DNA of 64,000 nucleotides from a virus (IMGVR_UViG_3300033073_000160:51910-115909), one strand, 5' to 3'. Shown: positions 38,501 through 46,696, numbered from the stretch's first letter. The notes: generated by a model from the letters alone, not told the origin. Translations and numbers: made by a program.

Positions 38501-41288
38501 ATTCGCCCCTAGTCAAGTAAACGCCCACTGCTTTATTTGACAGGTAATTTACATCATATACTGCTGAAAGCGGATACGTCTTAATTCTATAATCAATAAC
38601 AGGGTATTCATTCTTAATAGCTGATCCATAAGGAATCATGTCGCTAAAATAGTAGGGCGATTTTTTTGGTTTGTCTTTGTTTAATGCTTGTAACACTAAG
38701 TCAACATGTTCTTTAGTGGTTGTCTCAACGCCAAGCGTTAACGCAACTGACATAAAGTTACGTTTAAACTGACCATACTCGTCTCTAGCTTTTTCAATTG
38801 CCCGAATAATGTTATTAGATGGACTTGCAACATGATACATTCCAATAGACATTGGGCCGCTATGTTGAACAAACTTTGTCCCGTATGGTGTTATATTCCC
38901 CATATCGCGAAGATTGTTACTTCCGGGGAATGCGCCAATAAATTTGTTTAACGTATTATCAACAATGCTATTAACGTGATCAATTACTTCACCTAATGTA
39001 AAATCTCCCATTACAGAATTTAATGGATTATTTTGTAAATTAATAGGAACTTCGTAGTAACCGTTGCTGTTAATTGCTTGTTTAGCAAACGCCTTAATTG
39101 TTAATACATCAGATGTTGTGATGTCAGATGCCAAAACAACTTTTTTATAAACTGCACCGCTAACAATAGACCATAATGCGTTGTCAAGTCTGACACCGTT
39201 AATATAGATCCTTACTTCTAAATCATTTAGATTAGATTGATTATCAAATATGTCAATGTCAAAATTATTAACTAGGCCTGAGTTTTTGTAAATTCGTAAT
39301 GCAGGCTGATAGCTAGCATCAACTAAACTAGTCTGCCATCCGTTTTCGTAAGTTACAGTATTGTTACCTGCTGCTTTAACAAAGAAACCTGTGCTAACTT
39401 TTTTCTGTAAGATCTTTTCAACTTCTTTATACTGGAACGTATCAGTTGCTGCGGTAAAATTAAAAACAATGTCGCCAATGTTGTTAATGTTTCTGTATGA
39501 AAGCGGAAATTTTAAATAAGTATCAGCAGTTCCACTACCTTGCTTATATTCAAAGATACTTGTTCCAACAAAAGTTGATCCGTCATATACAGTCTTATCA
39601 CTAAAGCTGATACCATTATCATCTACTACATCAAACAACGGGCTTTGATTTAAACTTGTTTTATTCTGAGCAACATTCCAGGTAGTCCCGTCATACCAAC
39701 GCATAGTTCCCTGTGCAGTATCCCCTTGACGAACTACTACGACTTGATTCAATACGGGTTCTGATTCAAGAACCAAATGTATTTGTCTGCTTCTAGTTTG
39801 TTTAATGCTGTCTTGAACGTCAATAAATTGAACACGATAAATTTTATTTTTAACTAGAGTATCATTATCTGCGGTAAACAAAACTTTGTGTCCGTTAACT
39901 AGCGGAATACCGTCCACATTATAGCCGATAGAGCCCTCAATTGTAGAAAATACATCAGTAGTAAACGTATCGATTAAATCTACATCTGTCCCTGCTTCTA
40001 AACCAAAATTAAATAATTTTAAATTTGCTGCAAATTCAATGATAGGCCTAACCGCTCTTGTTGTTTGATCAAGGCTTGGAATATTTCCGTTGTATTTTGC
40101 ACTAGCTTCAATAACATCTTTATGGAACCATTTGTTATATCTGCTCCATGGGTTTCTGTCACGACTTGCACGATTAATAACAATATAATCAACTTGACCA
40201 GAATATGCAGTTGCGTTACTAAATGGGAACTCATCAAACTTAGTATCATCAAATAAGATTGATATTTCTTCGGAATACGAAGTAACTAATTCTAACGATG
40301 CTTCTGGAATTAAAACAATCTTAGATCCAACTCCGTCAACGTAAAATTGTCCTGTAGCATATTCAGTAGGAAGAACGTTACCTCCAAACTGAATCTTCAT
40401 ACCGTTGCTTAACGCTGTTCCGTTAGGCAACGTGTATGTCTTTTTGCCAATTAATTCAGATTCAACATTGATTTCTGTATTATCTTTAATATCTAATACA
40501 TGAAAAACTCCACCAAGATCAATGTTGTTTTCGCTAACATAAAATAATACATCTGGACAATTTTCAGGAACTGTAAAAGTTACAGAACCTTTCTGCACAG
40601 CATGATTATCAACTGCTAATCCTGGACTATAGCGATTATCTGTTCCTGTAGATCTAACAGTTTTAATGCTAAATGGCTCGCCCGGAGTGTCAATATCAAA
40701 GTGATATGTTTGTCCTCTATACAAACGTAAAGTAGGGTTGCGGGTTAGTCCATTAGGAGTAAACAGATACTGCTTATCGTCAAGTTCAGATTCGATCGTA
40801 ACAGAGTATGTGCTTGAAATTGCACGTTGTTGACCGTATATTGTAATAACATCTGGACCATATGGTAGCCAATAATATTGTTGGAAATTTACAAACTTAT
40901 CCCAGTCAATATGAGGATCCCAAGAATAAAATTCTTGCTTATTCAATCGGCTGTGGTTCTTTACGTTTGCGCCGAACGTTTCTAGTTGATTAATATAATC
41001 TTGATAATCTTTAAAGAACTCAGTATTTCCTAACGTATCTTCAATAGTAATACTCGGCTCTAATTGATAGTTTGTTCTATTTGCCGTAGGCGCAGATACA
41101 AAAATGTCATTACCTGTTGTGGCTTTAGCGTTCTTTCTACCGATATAACCGTTAATCTTTTTAACTGTTCCGGGTTTAACTAATTGCTCAATTGTGGCCT
41201 GCAAGAACTTCTTGTTAGCATCGGACCTATAAAATCTAGGAAGAAAGTTAGAGATGCCGTCGTCGTTTGGATTGATATTATCAGCCAT
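26562..41288 (-). CDS. giant (4908 aa) baseplate wedge / structural protein (gp7-position)
   Basis: Uninterrupted 14.7-kb ORF directly after the gp6-like gene. Contains G-x-GY-x-x-x-P repeats, beta-propeller-like repeats and CBM-like modules. Confidence 0.8.
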   Translation of the reverse strand: MADNINPNDDGISNFLPRFYRSDANKKFLQATIEQLVKPGTVKKINGYIGRKNAKATTGNDIFVSAPTANRTNYQLEPSITIEDTLGNTEFFKDYQDYINQLETFGANVKNHSRLNKQEFYSWDPHIDWDKFVNFQQYYWLPYGPDVITIYGQQRAISSTYSVTIESELDDKQYLFTPNGLTRNPTLRLYRGQTYHFDIDTPGEPFSIKTVRSTGTDNRYSPGLAVDNHAVQKGSVTFTVPENCPDVLFYVSENNIDLGGVFHVLDIKDNTEINVESELIGKKTYTLPNGTALSNGMKIQFGGNVLPTEYATGQFYVDGVGSKIVLIPEASLELVTSYSEEISILFDDTKFDEFPFSNATAYSGQVDYIVINRASRDRNPWSRYNKWFHKDVIEASAKYNGNIPSLDQTTRAVRPIIEFAANLKLFNFGLEAGTDVDLIDTFTTDVFSTIEGSIGYNVDGIPLVNGHKVLFTADNDTLVKNKIYRVQFIDVQDSIKQTRSRQIHLVLESEPVLNQVVVVRQGDTAQGTMRWYDGTTWNVAQNKTSLNQSPLFDVVDDNGISFSDKTVYDGSTFVGTSIFEYKQGSGTADTYLKFPLSYRNINNIGDIVFNFTAATDTFQYKEVEKILQKKVSTGFFVKAAGNNTVTYENGWQTSLVDASYQPALRIYKNSGLVNNFDIDIFDNQSNLNDLEVRIYINGVRLDNALWSIVSGAVYKKVVLASDITTSDVLTIKAFAKQAINSNGYYEVPINLQNNPLNSVMGDFTLGEVIDHVNSIVDNTLNKFIGAFPGSNNLRDMGNITPYGTKFVQHSGPMSIGMYHVASPSNNIIRAIEKARDEYGQFKRNFMSVALTLGVETTTKEHVDLVLQALNKDKPKKSPYYFSDMIPYGSAIKNEYPVIDYRIKTYPLSAVYDVNYLSNKAVGVYLTRGESINQLLYGIDYTFSDQGFVNVIATLENDDVITIYEYDNTDGCFVPQTPTKLGIWPKYEPKKYLDTSLITPREMIQGHDGSQILAYGDYRDNLILELEKRIFNTIKVEYDPTIFDIHDVIPSYVRDNDYSLTEFNEILAPNFYKWTSLIDRDFSKPLSFDRANSMTFNYRGQQAPDGREVPGYWRGIYRWMLDTDRPNLCPWEMLGYSIEPTWWASVYGTAPYTKDNLVMWQDLSDGVIREPGKPIIRNAKFARPFLINCIPVDSDGNVVSPITSSMASGVITTSTEGDFVFGDVSPIEAAWRRSSYYPFSVLITALLLKPADVIGKLLDRSRVVRNLTGQLVYKDTGLRITAEDVVLPNIYSSNTRVQTAGLINYIVDYILSDNLKSYDQYVYDLNNIRFNLSYRIGGFTSKEKFNLLLDSKNPTAVGGVFVPQENYKIVLNSSSPVKKLTYSGVIITKLQDGYEVKGYSKSKPFFEYYPWIQSGFTINVGGISESYSVWASGQRYVPGTVVSYSNSFYRVTVSHVSTATFETANFQRLAKLPIIGGRDAILRRLWDRSSPIVVPYGTKFRTIQEVVDFLVGYGEVLKDQGFVFDDFNSTLAQITNWETSAKEFLFWTTQNWSSGQDKWDDWLPDTPVTYGSIVRYNGDYYKAARNVAPAEFFEEINSVTHFRNYTKLDGLSTVGSSVISLSPAANKIVIKTEYAVVDDILNQFNGYEIFKVDGSKLEPNFLNSYRSGNYVSYAPVDGSGIFGASFFLVQKEQVLLLDNTTLFNDVIYNPESGYRQERIKTSSYVSTQWDGSFDVAGFIFDQAKIQDWATWTDYALGDIVKYKEFYYSANAPVVGADKFISSEWTKLKEKPEPALLPNWSYKAAQFEDFYSLDSGNFDVGQQTMAQHLTGYQPRQYLSNIIKDDVSEYKFYQGMIIEKGTQNSLNKLFDVLSAEGQESLKFFEEWAVRVGQYGASAAFEDIEFVLDQALFKNNPQGFELTQLPEDKFDFIIRQTPNDLYLKPLGYKSQPWKLSENFTPFLRTPGYVREEEVSLVLDNVEEILSQDPNPLNDGDYIWCAFEGREWNIYRYTSTSYKIVNAVYSSNTLTITTDQQVTLTPGTYVSIVQVDKFSGFYKVNSVSLNTFTIKATLTTPPDAPFVNQETAQLFFLTPQRATSIDTAAEILPARIKAGEKLWTDDNGNGKWCMWEYSPVYATRQFVNPTPGTDLGYGRQLALSGNGGYAVVSTTNNLVIAYDKASGSSIWLQRQTITSPFICQPVDIVDQEVGYFAETVAVSLDGQWIALGSPQASNASTRWLGEYQTNDTYMPGDIVESATLHYVALFENTQIPVTNTAYWKPIKYIETTEDGISTGATRHGVVSLYKKDASSIANLVATITSPTIVNNQLFGSNIVFGNNKLFVAAAGHDSGTGCVYQLDYNTITTTATYQPVGSSGTTLKVSSTANIEVGMTVTGTGFTSPHTVTQVVNSSTLRISETPNSTPFGELTFTISRWEYSYDTAINDVTLSAGAGFGDSIVVNPDNTTLSISAPADNKVFVYNLTDGNYELAQTITSTLASQQFGDSLALSSSATYLAVGATLYDGDKLDQGRVLVYELGANGYTLYQTVESHKPETAEFFGSKIAFMNDYETLVVYSANGDSYKLAEFDSGATIFDNGTMVLTEYSVDSGRVDIFDRYASKWIYSETLSVNDSPRMGDGYGTGFAVGRNNILVSAPYAVDLSLRSGVVYNYEKTRGALSWSAKYVETAKPDISKIKKAFLYNKATNDLVTYIDIIDPIQGKIAGIAEQEIKFKTFYDPATYSIGTGDDVKVDDGMAWTSDKVGMLWWDLRRAKFIDSYGGDVVYKNTTWNTLFKTASIDVYEWVETNLLPSAWDKQADTDAGLTLGISGTSLYGDTVYSVKRRYDTISRSFKNTYYYWVKNKKTIPNAQGRNMSANNVANLIANPKGEGYKYLALTSANSFSLVNVKPLLQDADVVLAVQYWTIDQTDQNVHSQWRLVSEDVNSNLPAAIEEKWFDSLCGKDQNNQVVPDLNLPPKLRYGAEFRPRQGMFVNRFEALKQFVERANSSLLENQIVESRDISALNSFDPAPSLITALYDVAFDTDAELRFASVSTVKVPTINPVVSSDGEIVGVDIVDAGNGYLTAPYIKIKGNGRGAEIQTIINTRGQITGIKIISAGQGYDSTTKFEVRNYSALVRSDSQALNRWSIYSYDPYYKVWSRTQSQAYDTRRYWSYVDWYAAGINQFTLADHSVNTLSDLNSITVKIGQLVKVRTNGTGGWELLQKYADSTSIDWTQSYKVVGTENGTIQLSSELYKFTNTTLGYDGALFDGDAFDNTAVIELRIILNTLKNKIFTDTLKQTYLDLFFTCLRYAFAEQTYLDWAFKTSFVRVQHNVGELKQKVTYNNDNLADFEAYVAEVKPYRTQIREYVSEYTKVDTSQASVTDFDLLPVSNDGVNSPMFTYNVDGDIQANDPAILTYPWKHWLDNVGFEITSLKLVDQGSGYVTEPVVRIIDQNSNNQSVVPATARAFITNGKVSRVVLLTPGSGYLTAPKIVIDGGLEEGGTPATAVAIIGNSVVRSNLIKMKFDRISKTFFITELEETASFVGTGSKLQFVLKWAPDLRIGKSSVTVNGVDTIRADYTLTINKSISRGYTSYYGTLTFDTAPPKDAVIEISYIKDWSLLNAADRIQYYYDPQTGQLGKDLAQLMTGVDYGGVIITGLDFSVSSGWDSLPFFTDRWDEIDPTFDDYIIRAGLNSNSFDLPYIPEYGVVINVYHNGVRIDDPNFGTAQQKNANATMQTFVGDGINSTVVLPSISTTQASASVTTAGSNTIEFSSVENIQVGSLVLSPDVIPDGTVVTSVTGNKVPASITGTISGNTLTAAGLTTNAVGMRVSGVGVATDTYIVSVVAAIPGVKEIQKILVSGISSGPVTFLDYLVQDTYAGQSAATIVIKIVSQRLDIIAAWNTANPSKTIEELEIDLFEDGDTTIKVTYDVTAGNVSIIPQASSSGINFSASVSSREGVAGTTSTAQLTGDPQSVALIPMTITPIMEISNALLAAIPNASELVVGTGTNFTTGIQVKGTTKIALSNAVGVAVGDLVSSYLPRITTTGIPTNTTVIAVDVVTNLVTLSNAITVEIPADTNLTFGYNKLFFRKSTSDGSIKPQEVDYDTALSGGYDANGFIGYQTATGLAADDILLDGDGFVTPTTSSDVEEVVPGQVVDAVAIKVFYRPGSGAANVRVDTHVADGALDTFAMSQYINSAEAVLVKVDNVVLTNVDDYTVNYADRTVTLLEVPTAGQVVALFNFGFNGSNVLDIDYFVGNGTTTEFITKSPWLESISSLVYINGNPEPYELFRTDSTYENVNSVGIRFGTAPAVGQVINYVIVEGIDNNFSVVTTERLHPTGSSTDLLVSAPIGNSLPLATNLIVRVDQTILRPANTSYYTINKNKLTYFVDQSKVKPYEPDMSDITVYADGVLLKVNVDYNIDPAGISVKINRNVYNTYKNKTLIICITTGQEYSIIPGSAGYTYVDPENPTQIITVPATPSTIKFVTAPAVDSIVEITTAYKHDILDIQRTQLTIKSELVYTPDEFNYYNYVGLTGGNVVLGRAVLNDSSVWVSKNGTLLTPSVDYKLNADRQSIKFEQPLLLDDKIDVITYSRNIATASVSYMQFKDMLNRTHFKRLSKKKQSALVNPLNFYDTEIEVEDASNFEEPNPARNYPGVVEIRGERIEYFAKNGNVLSRLRRATLGTGAAPVYPAGAHVQDIGPSETIPYRDDTQIEQVASTGSLDIEIPFIPTSVNEIEVFVGGYDTALTWASGVLYSVGTIVQVGSYAYRCVTEHTSSAVFSADVDKWNFFIGNLRLKKHDYKVHNVSIHPESPEGDVSFDADFTVDGITNSIKLSNALDEGVKVTVVKKTGRLWSGITYFPTEMIVDTTATDFDTGTTTFDLRDQRLLAASNDNINSFLKAEEGIWYTPTRTS

Positions 41289-41299
41289 TGTTATCCCGT

Positions 41300-44200
41300 T
41301 TAATTACTTGTAATTGATTGTTGTCCTACTGCGTTGCTTGTAACAGTAGTTGAACTAATTGCTTTAATTGTGCTTGCAGTTATACCAGTTATAACTTCAA
41401 TATCGTCAACAGTAGCACCGTTGACAAATAACTCATTACTATTTGCCTTAATTTCAAATAAACTACCAAAGTTTAATCCGTTTGCTTTAGGAACGATTAC
41501 AAAATTTGTAATGTTCGGTGCAAGCTGATTCATAACATAAGTTGATAGTTCTGAGAAGTAGAATGTATCTCCAAAGTCCCAGTTTTCTAAAACAAAGAAT
41601 TGATTCATTGCTTGTAAAACTTGTGACTTAATATCGTTATCAGAAATAACCTGCGAAGAATTTTTCACAGCCTTAAAGGTTGCTTGTAAATCACTCGATG
41701 CACTTGCACCAAATAAAACTTTATATTTTACCGGATGGTAAATGATCTCATCGCTAATTGATTTAATAATATTCAAACTAGGTGCTAAGGTATTATACAA
41801 TGCATCGCTGCTTGGTGGTAAAGGCTCTGTGCTTCTAGCACCTGATAAGTATTGTCTAAATTGTGTATCGTAGGTCTTTGACAAAATAAACACATCAATG
41901 ATATTGCTTGATCCTGGGTCAATTCTTGACTCATAGTCAGCATTATGAATGTATTGAAATTTAAGTTTATCTCTTCCTAAGAATACTTTATAATCTAAAG
42001 AAACTGTTAACGTTGATGTTGTTTTATTTAATTTTTTAACAACTCCAGTATCTATAAAATAATAATACTGACCGTCAGTTTCATTAAGATAAGATCCTAA
42101 ATCATCTTGGCTTGATAAGATTTTTACAATGTCTGCATCGTTATTAATATAACGATAATCTTCTTGCCCTAATGCAACTTCGTATCGTTCTAATACAATA
42201 TACTTTGTTAAAGGATCGCCAACTAATGGACCAACAATATTAGTAAAACTGTCTGGATCATTAACAACACCATTATCATCGGGATCTGCAAATGTGACTA
42301 ATATTTTCTTATTGTCAACATATCCGTCGAGTCCCCTATACTCTGAAACAATATCCCAAAGTAAGTCATTAGTATACGCAGTAGTTGAAGATGGTAATGT
42401 ATTGATATTCAATACTTTAATATTGTCTTTGACAATCGCATTGGACTTGCTGTCATATATTTTATTTGTGCTATCAAAATAGAATCTAACTTGTTTATCG
42501 CTTTCAAAGATATACTGCTGTTCTCTACTTGTCACAGTATAAAACTCATTGTCTGTAGTAAATAATAACAACCAACTTGAGTCAAGTTGTTGATTTGACA
42601 CATCACCTTGCTTACCTAAGCTGAATGAATTCTTAGAATCTAAGTTAGATTCAAATATAATCTGCCACGTCTTTGTTGTAGTTTCATAACGTAATCCAAA
42701 CGGCTTATTAGCAAAAATAAGGTCGATCATTGTTGTGATTACTGAGCTGCTAATTACAGTTCTCCATTTAGGAATAATTTGAGATACAGTTGCCCTCGAT
42801 GGCATCACTGTGTTTAATTTAATAGGGCCAAAGCCTGTTGATAAAACACCAGTGCCGTTGGCAGTGCCGTCACCACTAACTGAAACTACTTCGGCCCATA
42901 TATAACTTGCCGATCCTAATGTAGTAGGAGTCCCTGCTACTAGAGCATTGTTGTTGTTAGTATCAAAATAATATCCTGTTGGTGCTAAAAACTTAACTAA
43001 AGAACCTGCTTCGATATATTTTAAATCAGTTGCAGTATATTGACCAACTTTATATGTTACAGTTGGTGCATCGGCGTCGCCGATATAACCAGTTGCCATT
43101 CCAGAGTCAGTAGTCTTATTATACCATGCAATACTTAGACTTGCAGTTGCTAACTTTAAAAATTTTGTATAGTAATAATTTCTTAAACTTGCTCGTTTTA
43201 AAATATCAAATATATTATTGTAGATAACACCTTCGATGTCTGTTTTAGTAACATAACTAAAACGGAATTTATCAGTAAATTGCTCTTGATATAACACACC
43301 GTCGTCAGCAAATAAATTTGTGCTAGAATATTTTCCAGTTGGGTCAACTAGATCAAAATAACGACTAATGCCAGAACTTGACCTGTTTACTGCTTTTATT
43401 TTTGCAACTTCTTGATTTGTAGACAGTGGACTAATATTGTAGTCTTCGCCAGTAATCATTCTATTTTGTGTATAATAGTTTTGAGGGGCGTTAGTCTTAA
43501 TGCTAGTATTAGATTCAGTTGCAGATGCGTTTGCAACTGAACTTGGTAAGGTTAATGTAATAGTAACTGTTTCAACTTGTCCTAGATGAGACGTATAAGG
43601 AATTGAAATAGTAATTCCCCTCATGTCTTTAGGATTAATTGTATAAGTTAGTGCATTACTTGTTCTATAATAGGCACGGAATGTTCCAAGTGGTAAATTA
43701 CCAAAAGTGCCATCACTGAACACTAGGCTTACTCGATCGCCTGCGCGAGTTACAACTCCGTAAATGTTACGAATACTTTTATTCAAACTATTATAGATAA
43801 TGTTGTTACCTTCAAAGCTAGGAACCTTTGTCCATAATTCTGACTCTAAGCCATTCTGACTTAGTCTGTATAACCATACATCATCGTTATTAATATTAGT
43901 TGCATCAATATCAACTGACTCGTTACTACTAGGTTGTGATATTGCAAACGATCCAGTATTAAGGGTTCCTTGACGGAAGTGCATAAAAAATCCAGAGCTT
44001 CCGGATGCATAACCTTTACCGTCATCTCTGTAGATGAAGGCTGGCTTGTTTCCAATCTTTGGGGGTTCTTCGTAGATAAACGATTCTCCTGCAAAGCTAG
44101 TGCTTACAATTTCAAACGTCATTGAACGTCCGTCTACAGTTTTAGTAAACGAATAAACAGGAATATCAGTATTCACTGAATCAATTCGGTATTGTTCGGT

Positions 44201-44749
44201 TGGTATTCCGTAAATTGTGGCGGCATCGTCAGGATTTCCAAATTGTCGAGTTGCCGGAATAGCAGCATTAACAATCCTAATAAATTGATCATACCAAGAC
44301 GAGTTTGCTGGGTCGTTCCAAATAATATTCTGGTTAGCTAAATTACGTCCGTTGCTGTCTAAAATAGTTTGGGTTGTTTGGATAGAACTAAACTTCAATA
44401 GACCGTTTGCAGGAATGTTTCGCTTTGCATTATAACTTAGCATACGTGCTAGGCGTAATACAGATTCCCTGCGTTCTGCTAATTCTAAGAAGTTCTCACG
44501 GGCATTTAAATCAACGCGGAAAGCTATGCTTTGGCCCAAGAATGCAATCATATCTATTAGGGCAAGGTATTCGCTAGACTCAATATAATCGTTGAAATCT
44601 TCAGGATAATTTTGACGCAGATAGTTGATCATAGTTCTGCGGAGATTCTCAAAGTCGTAACTTTGGAAGTCTGCATTACGGAAGGTTTGATAAATTTTCT
44701 TCCAATCTTCTGCTACAAGAAGTCTATTTTGTCTATCTGTTGCGCTCAT
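41300..44749 (-). CDS. gp6: baseplate wedge subunit (T4 gp6-like)
   Basis: DFQSYDFENLR, ENFLELAERRESVLRLARMLSYN, FSDGTFGNLP, QNRMITGEDY motifs. Confidence 0.85.
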   Translation of the reverse strand: MSATDRQNRLLVAEDWKKIYQTFRNADFQSYDFENLRRTMINYLRQNYPEDFNDYIESSEYLALIDMIAFLGQSIAFRVDLNARENFLELAERRESVLRLARMLSYNAKRNIPANGLLKFSSIQTTQTILDSNGRNLANQNIIWNDPANSSWYDQFIRIVNAAIPATRQFGNPDDAATIYGIPTEQYRIDSVNTDIPVYSFTKTVDGRSMTFEIVSTSFAGESFIYEEPPKIGNKPAFIYRDDGKGYASGSSGFFMHFRQGTLNTGSFAISQPSSNESVDIDATNINNDDVWLYRLSQNGLESELWTKVPSFEGNNIIYNSLNKSIRNIYGVVTRAGDRVSLVFSDGTFGNLPLGTFRAYYRTSNALTYTINPKDMRGITISIPYTSHLGQVETVTITLTLPSSVANASATESNTSIKTNAPQNYYTQNRMITGEDYNISPLSTNQEVAKIKAVNRSSSGISRYFDLVDPTGKYSSTNLFADDGVLYQEQFTDKFRFSYVTKTDIEGVIYNNIFDILKRASLRNYYYTKFLKLATASLSIAWYNKTTDSGMATGYIGDADAPTVTYKVGQYTATDLKYIEAGSLVKFLAPTGYYFDTNNNNALVAGTPTTLGSASYIWAEVVSVSGDGTANGTGVLSTGFGPIKLNTVMPSRATVSQIIPKWRTVISSSVITTMIDLIFANKPFGLRYETTTKTWQIIFESNLDSKNSFSLGKQGDVSNQQLDSSWLLLFTTDNEFYTVTSREQQYIFESDKQVRFYFDSTNKIYDSKSNAIVKDNIKVLNINTLPSSTTAYTNDLLWDIVSEYRGLDGYVDNKKILVTFADPDDNGVVNDPDSFTNIVGPLVGDPLTKYIVLERYEVALGQEDYRYINNDADIVKILSSQDDLGSYLNETDGQYYYFIDTGVVKKLNKTTSTLTVSLDYKVFLGRDKLKFQYIHNADYESRIDPGSSNIIDVFILSKTYDTQFRQYLSGARSTEPLPPSSDALYNTLAPSLNIIKSISDEIIYHPVKYKVLFGASASSDLQATFKAVKNSSQVISDNDIKSQVLQAMNQFFVLENWDFGDTFYFSELSTYVMNQLAPNITNFVIVPKANGLNFGSLFEIKANSNELFVNGATVDDIEVITGITASTIKAISSTTVTSNAVGQQSITSN

Positions 44750-44767
44750 GATTTATCCTATATCTTG

Positions 44768-44774
44768 TATTTAT
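44768..44774 (-). promoter_or_regulatory. late promoter (ATAAATA)
   Basis: Intergenic, upstream of gp6. Confidence 0.6.
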
Positions 44775-44796
44775 TGGTTAAAATTATCTACGCACA

Positions 44797-45240
44797 TTAT
44801 TGCGCAAGAAGACCATTGTTCTGATCAAACCTTAACTGCATAGTCTGCGAGACGTTGTAAGGTAGGTATGTTAAGTGGCATTGTATTTGAATTCCACTTT
44901 CATATTGTGTTACTGATATCTGATCTGCAACTACTCTAGGATCAGAATTCATGATGTTGTTTACATTTTGTGTGATTAAATTTTTAACTTGATCAGTTAA
45001 GGGTTCAAACAAAACGTCCCAAATAATAGTGCCAAATGACGGGTTCATCAAGCGCTCACCCTGGCGAATGTGAAAGTGATTTATAATATCTTGCTTGATT
45101 AATTCAAGATCAAATAAATGAAAATTTTCTGTTTCAGGATTGATTGTGCTAAAACCTTTATAAGTTTTAGGACCTAGTGCAGACTCCTGTCGTGGTGCTT
45201 TTAGCACAACTTTACTGTATAAATTAGCGTTTGAACTCAT
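44797..45240 (-). CDS. gp25: baseplate wedge subunit (gp25-like)
   Basis: IKQDIINHFHIRQGERLMNPSFGTIIWDVLFEP...DPRV. Confidence 0.88.
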   Translation of the reverse strand: MSSNANLYSKVVLKAPRQESALGPKTYKGFSTINPETENFHLFDLELIKQDIINHFHIRQGERLMNPSFGTIIWDVLFEPLTDQVKNLITQNVNNIMNSDPRVVADQISVTQYESGIQIQCHLTYLPYNVSQTMQLRFDQNNGLLAQ

Positions 45241-46688
45241 TATTCACCTGCCTCCTGTTGTTCTTCTTCTGTGGCAGGCGCAGGTGGCCTGTCAAAAGTA
45301 TCTTTTGGTGTTGTATATTCTTTGAATGCTTTAGGCTCTTCTAATTTAGGAGAAGCCGTTGCTGTTGTTTTAGATGCTAAATGACTCAATGGATCTAAAT
45401 TCTCATGGCCTGCCCATGGCTCGGTTTGCGGAATCCTATTAGCCTTAGGTGCGCTACTTGCTGCTGCTGCGCCAGGACCATTCATATGAATTGCTGCTGC
45501 GGTTTCTAAGTGATTACCGCCTGCTTTAATATTGCTAGTTCCGCCAACTGTTAGTTTGCCGTCAGCGCCTGCTTTAATTTCATAATTTGCGCCAGCAGTT
45601 GCTTTAAAATTAGTTGCTGCATTTAAATTAATATTTCCCCCTGCGGTTAAATTAATATCTCTATCAGCAGTAATATTAAAATCATTTTCAGTATGCATAC
45701 TAATACTGTCGGCGGCATAAATGTCAATTTTACCATTACTGGTTAGTTCAATCCATGCAGTGCCTCGACTATTTGTAATATAGATTAGATCTTCGCTGTT
45801 ATGCAAAAGAATCTGATGTCCAGTTCTTGTTCTAATTCTAATTAATTCATTATGAGGTATTGTTACTTCGGCGCCCGCAGGACCGTCGTCTTCCACTGAT
45901 ATGTATTCGGGAGGTCCTTCACCTGCTTTTGTCTTGCGTAAAAATTTATCATCGCCGTCATCCATTACAAATGTTGACCCGCCTAGGCGACTAACTGGCA
46001 TAGTTACTGACGACTCTTTTGTTCCAACTTTTCCTCTTGGTGCACCGTCTTGTTTGTCAAGAGGTCCAGGTGTGCTAATACCAAACACCATACTAGGAGT
46101 TTCTCTCCTAGAACTACTTGAAGTGATGCCTCGAATATCATCTTTAAGTAGTCCTTGATTCTCTAATACTGTTGCAAACGGATGAGCTGGTTTTGGAACT
46201 CTTGTCGTATCAGTGCCGGGCTCGGGGTTTAAGTTTTTATTAAATTCGCCAACAGGGACTCGTTCTTCTGTTCCGTCAATATTGAAGGTAGTTGCAGCAA
46301 GACCAGGCGTCATAAAATTCATATCGCCCATTGGGACTCCGCCTAACCAGTAACCGTCTTTAGAATTACCATTTATAAAAATAACAACAACTATAGATCC
46401 TACATCGGGCGGAACCATCCACATGCCGTATGATTTTTGTGTGCCGTTAAAATCAGGGTTCTCTGATAAAAATTCTTTGCTGGTAAAACCAAAGAACGGG
46501 CTTATCATCTTAACAGTTTGAACTTGGCTCTCGCTTGCGGTGTTTCCAGACGTTCTTAAAATTTCAACTTGTATCTTTCCGTTGTATGTATTGTCAAGGT
46601 GGCCTACTACCCTTGCTAACTGCGGGTATCCTGTAGTGTCCTGGTCTGGCCTGTCTTGCGACGGGCGTGATTCTTCATTGTCTGACAT
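45240..46688 (-). CDS. gp5: baseplate central spike (gp5-like, no lysozyme domain)
   Basis: OB-fold GMWMVPPDVGSIVVVIF, RTRTGHQI, and C-terminal beta-helix repeats. Confidence 0.8.
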   Translation of the reverse strand: MSDNEESRPSQDRPDQDTTGYPQLARVVGHLDNTYNGKIQVEILRTSGNTASESQVQTVKMISPFFGFTSKEFLSENPDFNGTQKSYGMWMVPPDVGSIVVVIFINGNSKDGYWLGGVPMGDMNFMTPGLAATTFNIDGTEERVPVGEFNKNLNPEPGTDTTRVPKPAHPFATVLENQGLLKDDIRGITSSSSRRETPSMVFGISTPGPLDKQDGAPRGKVGTKESSVTMPVSRLGGSTFVMDDGDDKFLRKTKAGEGPPEYISVEDDGPAGAEVTIPHNELIRIRTRTGHQILLHNSEDLIYITNSRGTAWIELTSNGKIDIYAADSISMHTENDFNITADRDINLTAGGNINLNAATNFKATAGANYEIKAGADGKLTVGGTSNIKAGGNHLETAAAIHMNGPGAAAASSAPKANRIPQTEPWAGHENLDPLSHLASKTTATASPKLEEPKAFKEYTTPKDTFDRPPAPATEEEQQEAGE

Positions 46689-46696
46689 GTGTGCCT

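Noticed and set aside
26562-41288. Intein or stop-codon reassignment explaining the giant ORF
   Set aside because: No intein splice-junction or LAGLIDADG motifs were noticed, and genes across the window are intact in the standard code with TAA, TGA and TAG all used as stops.
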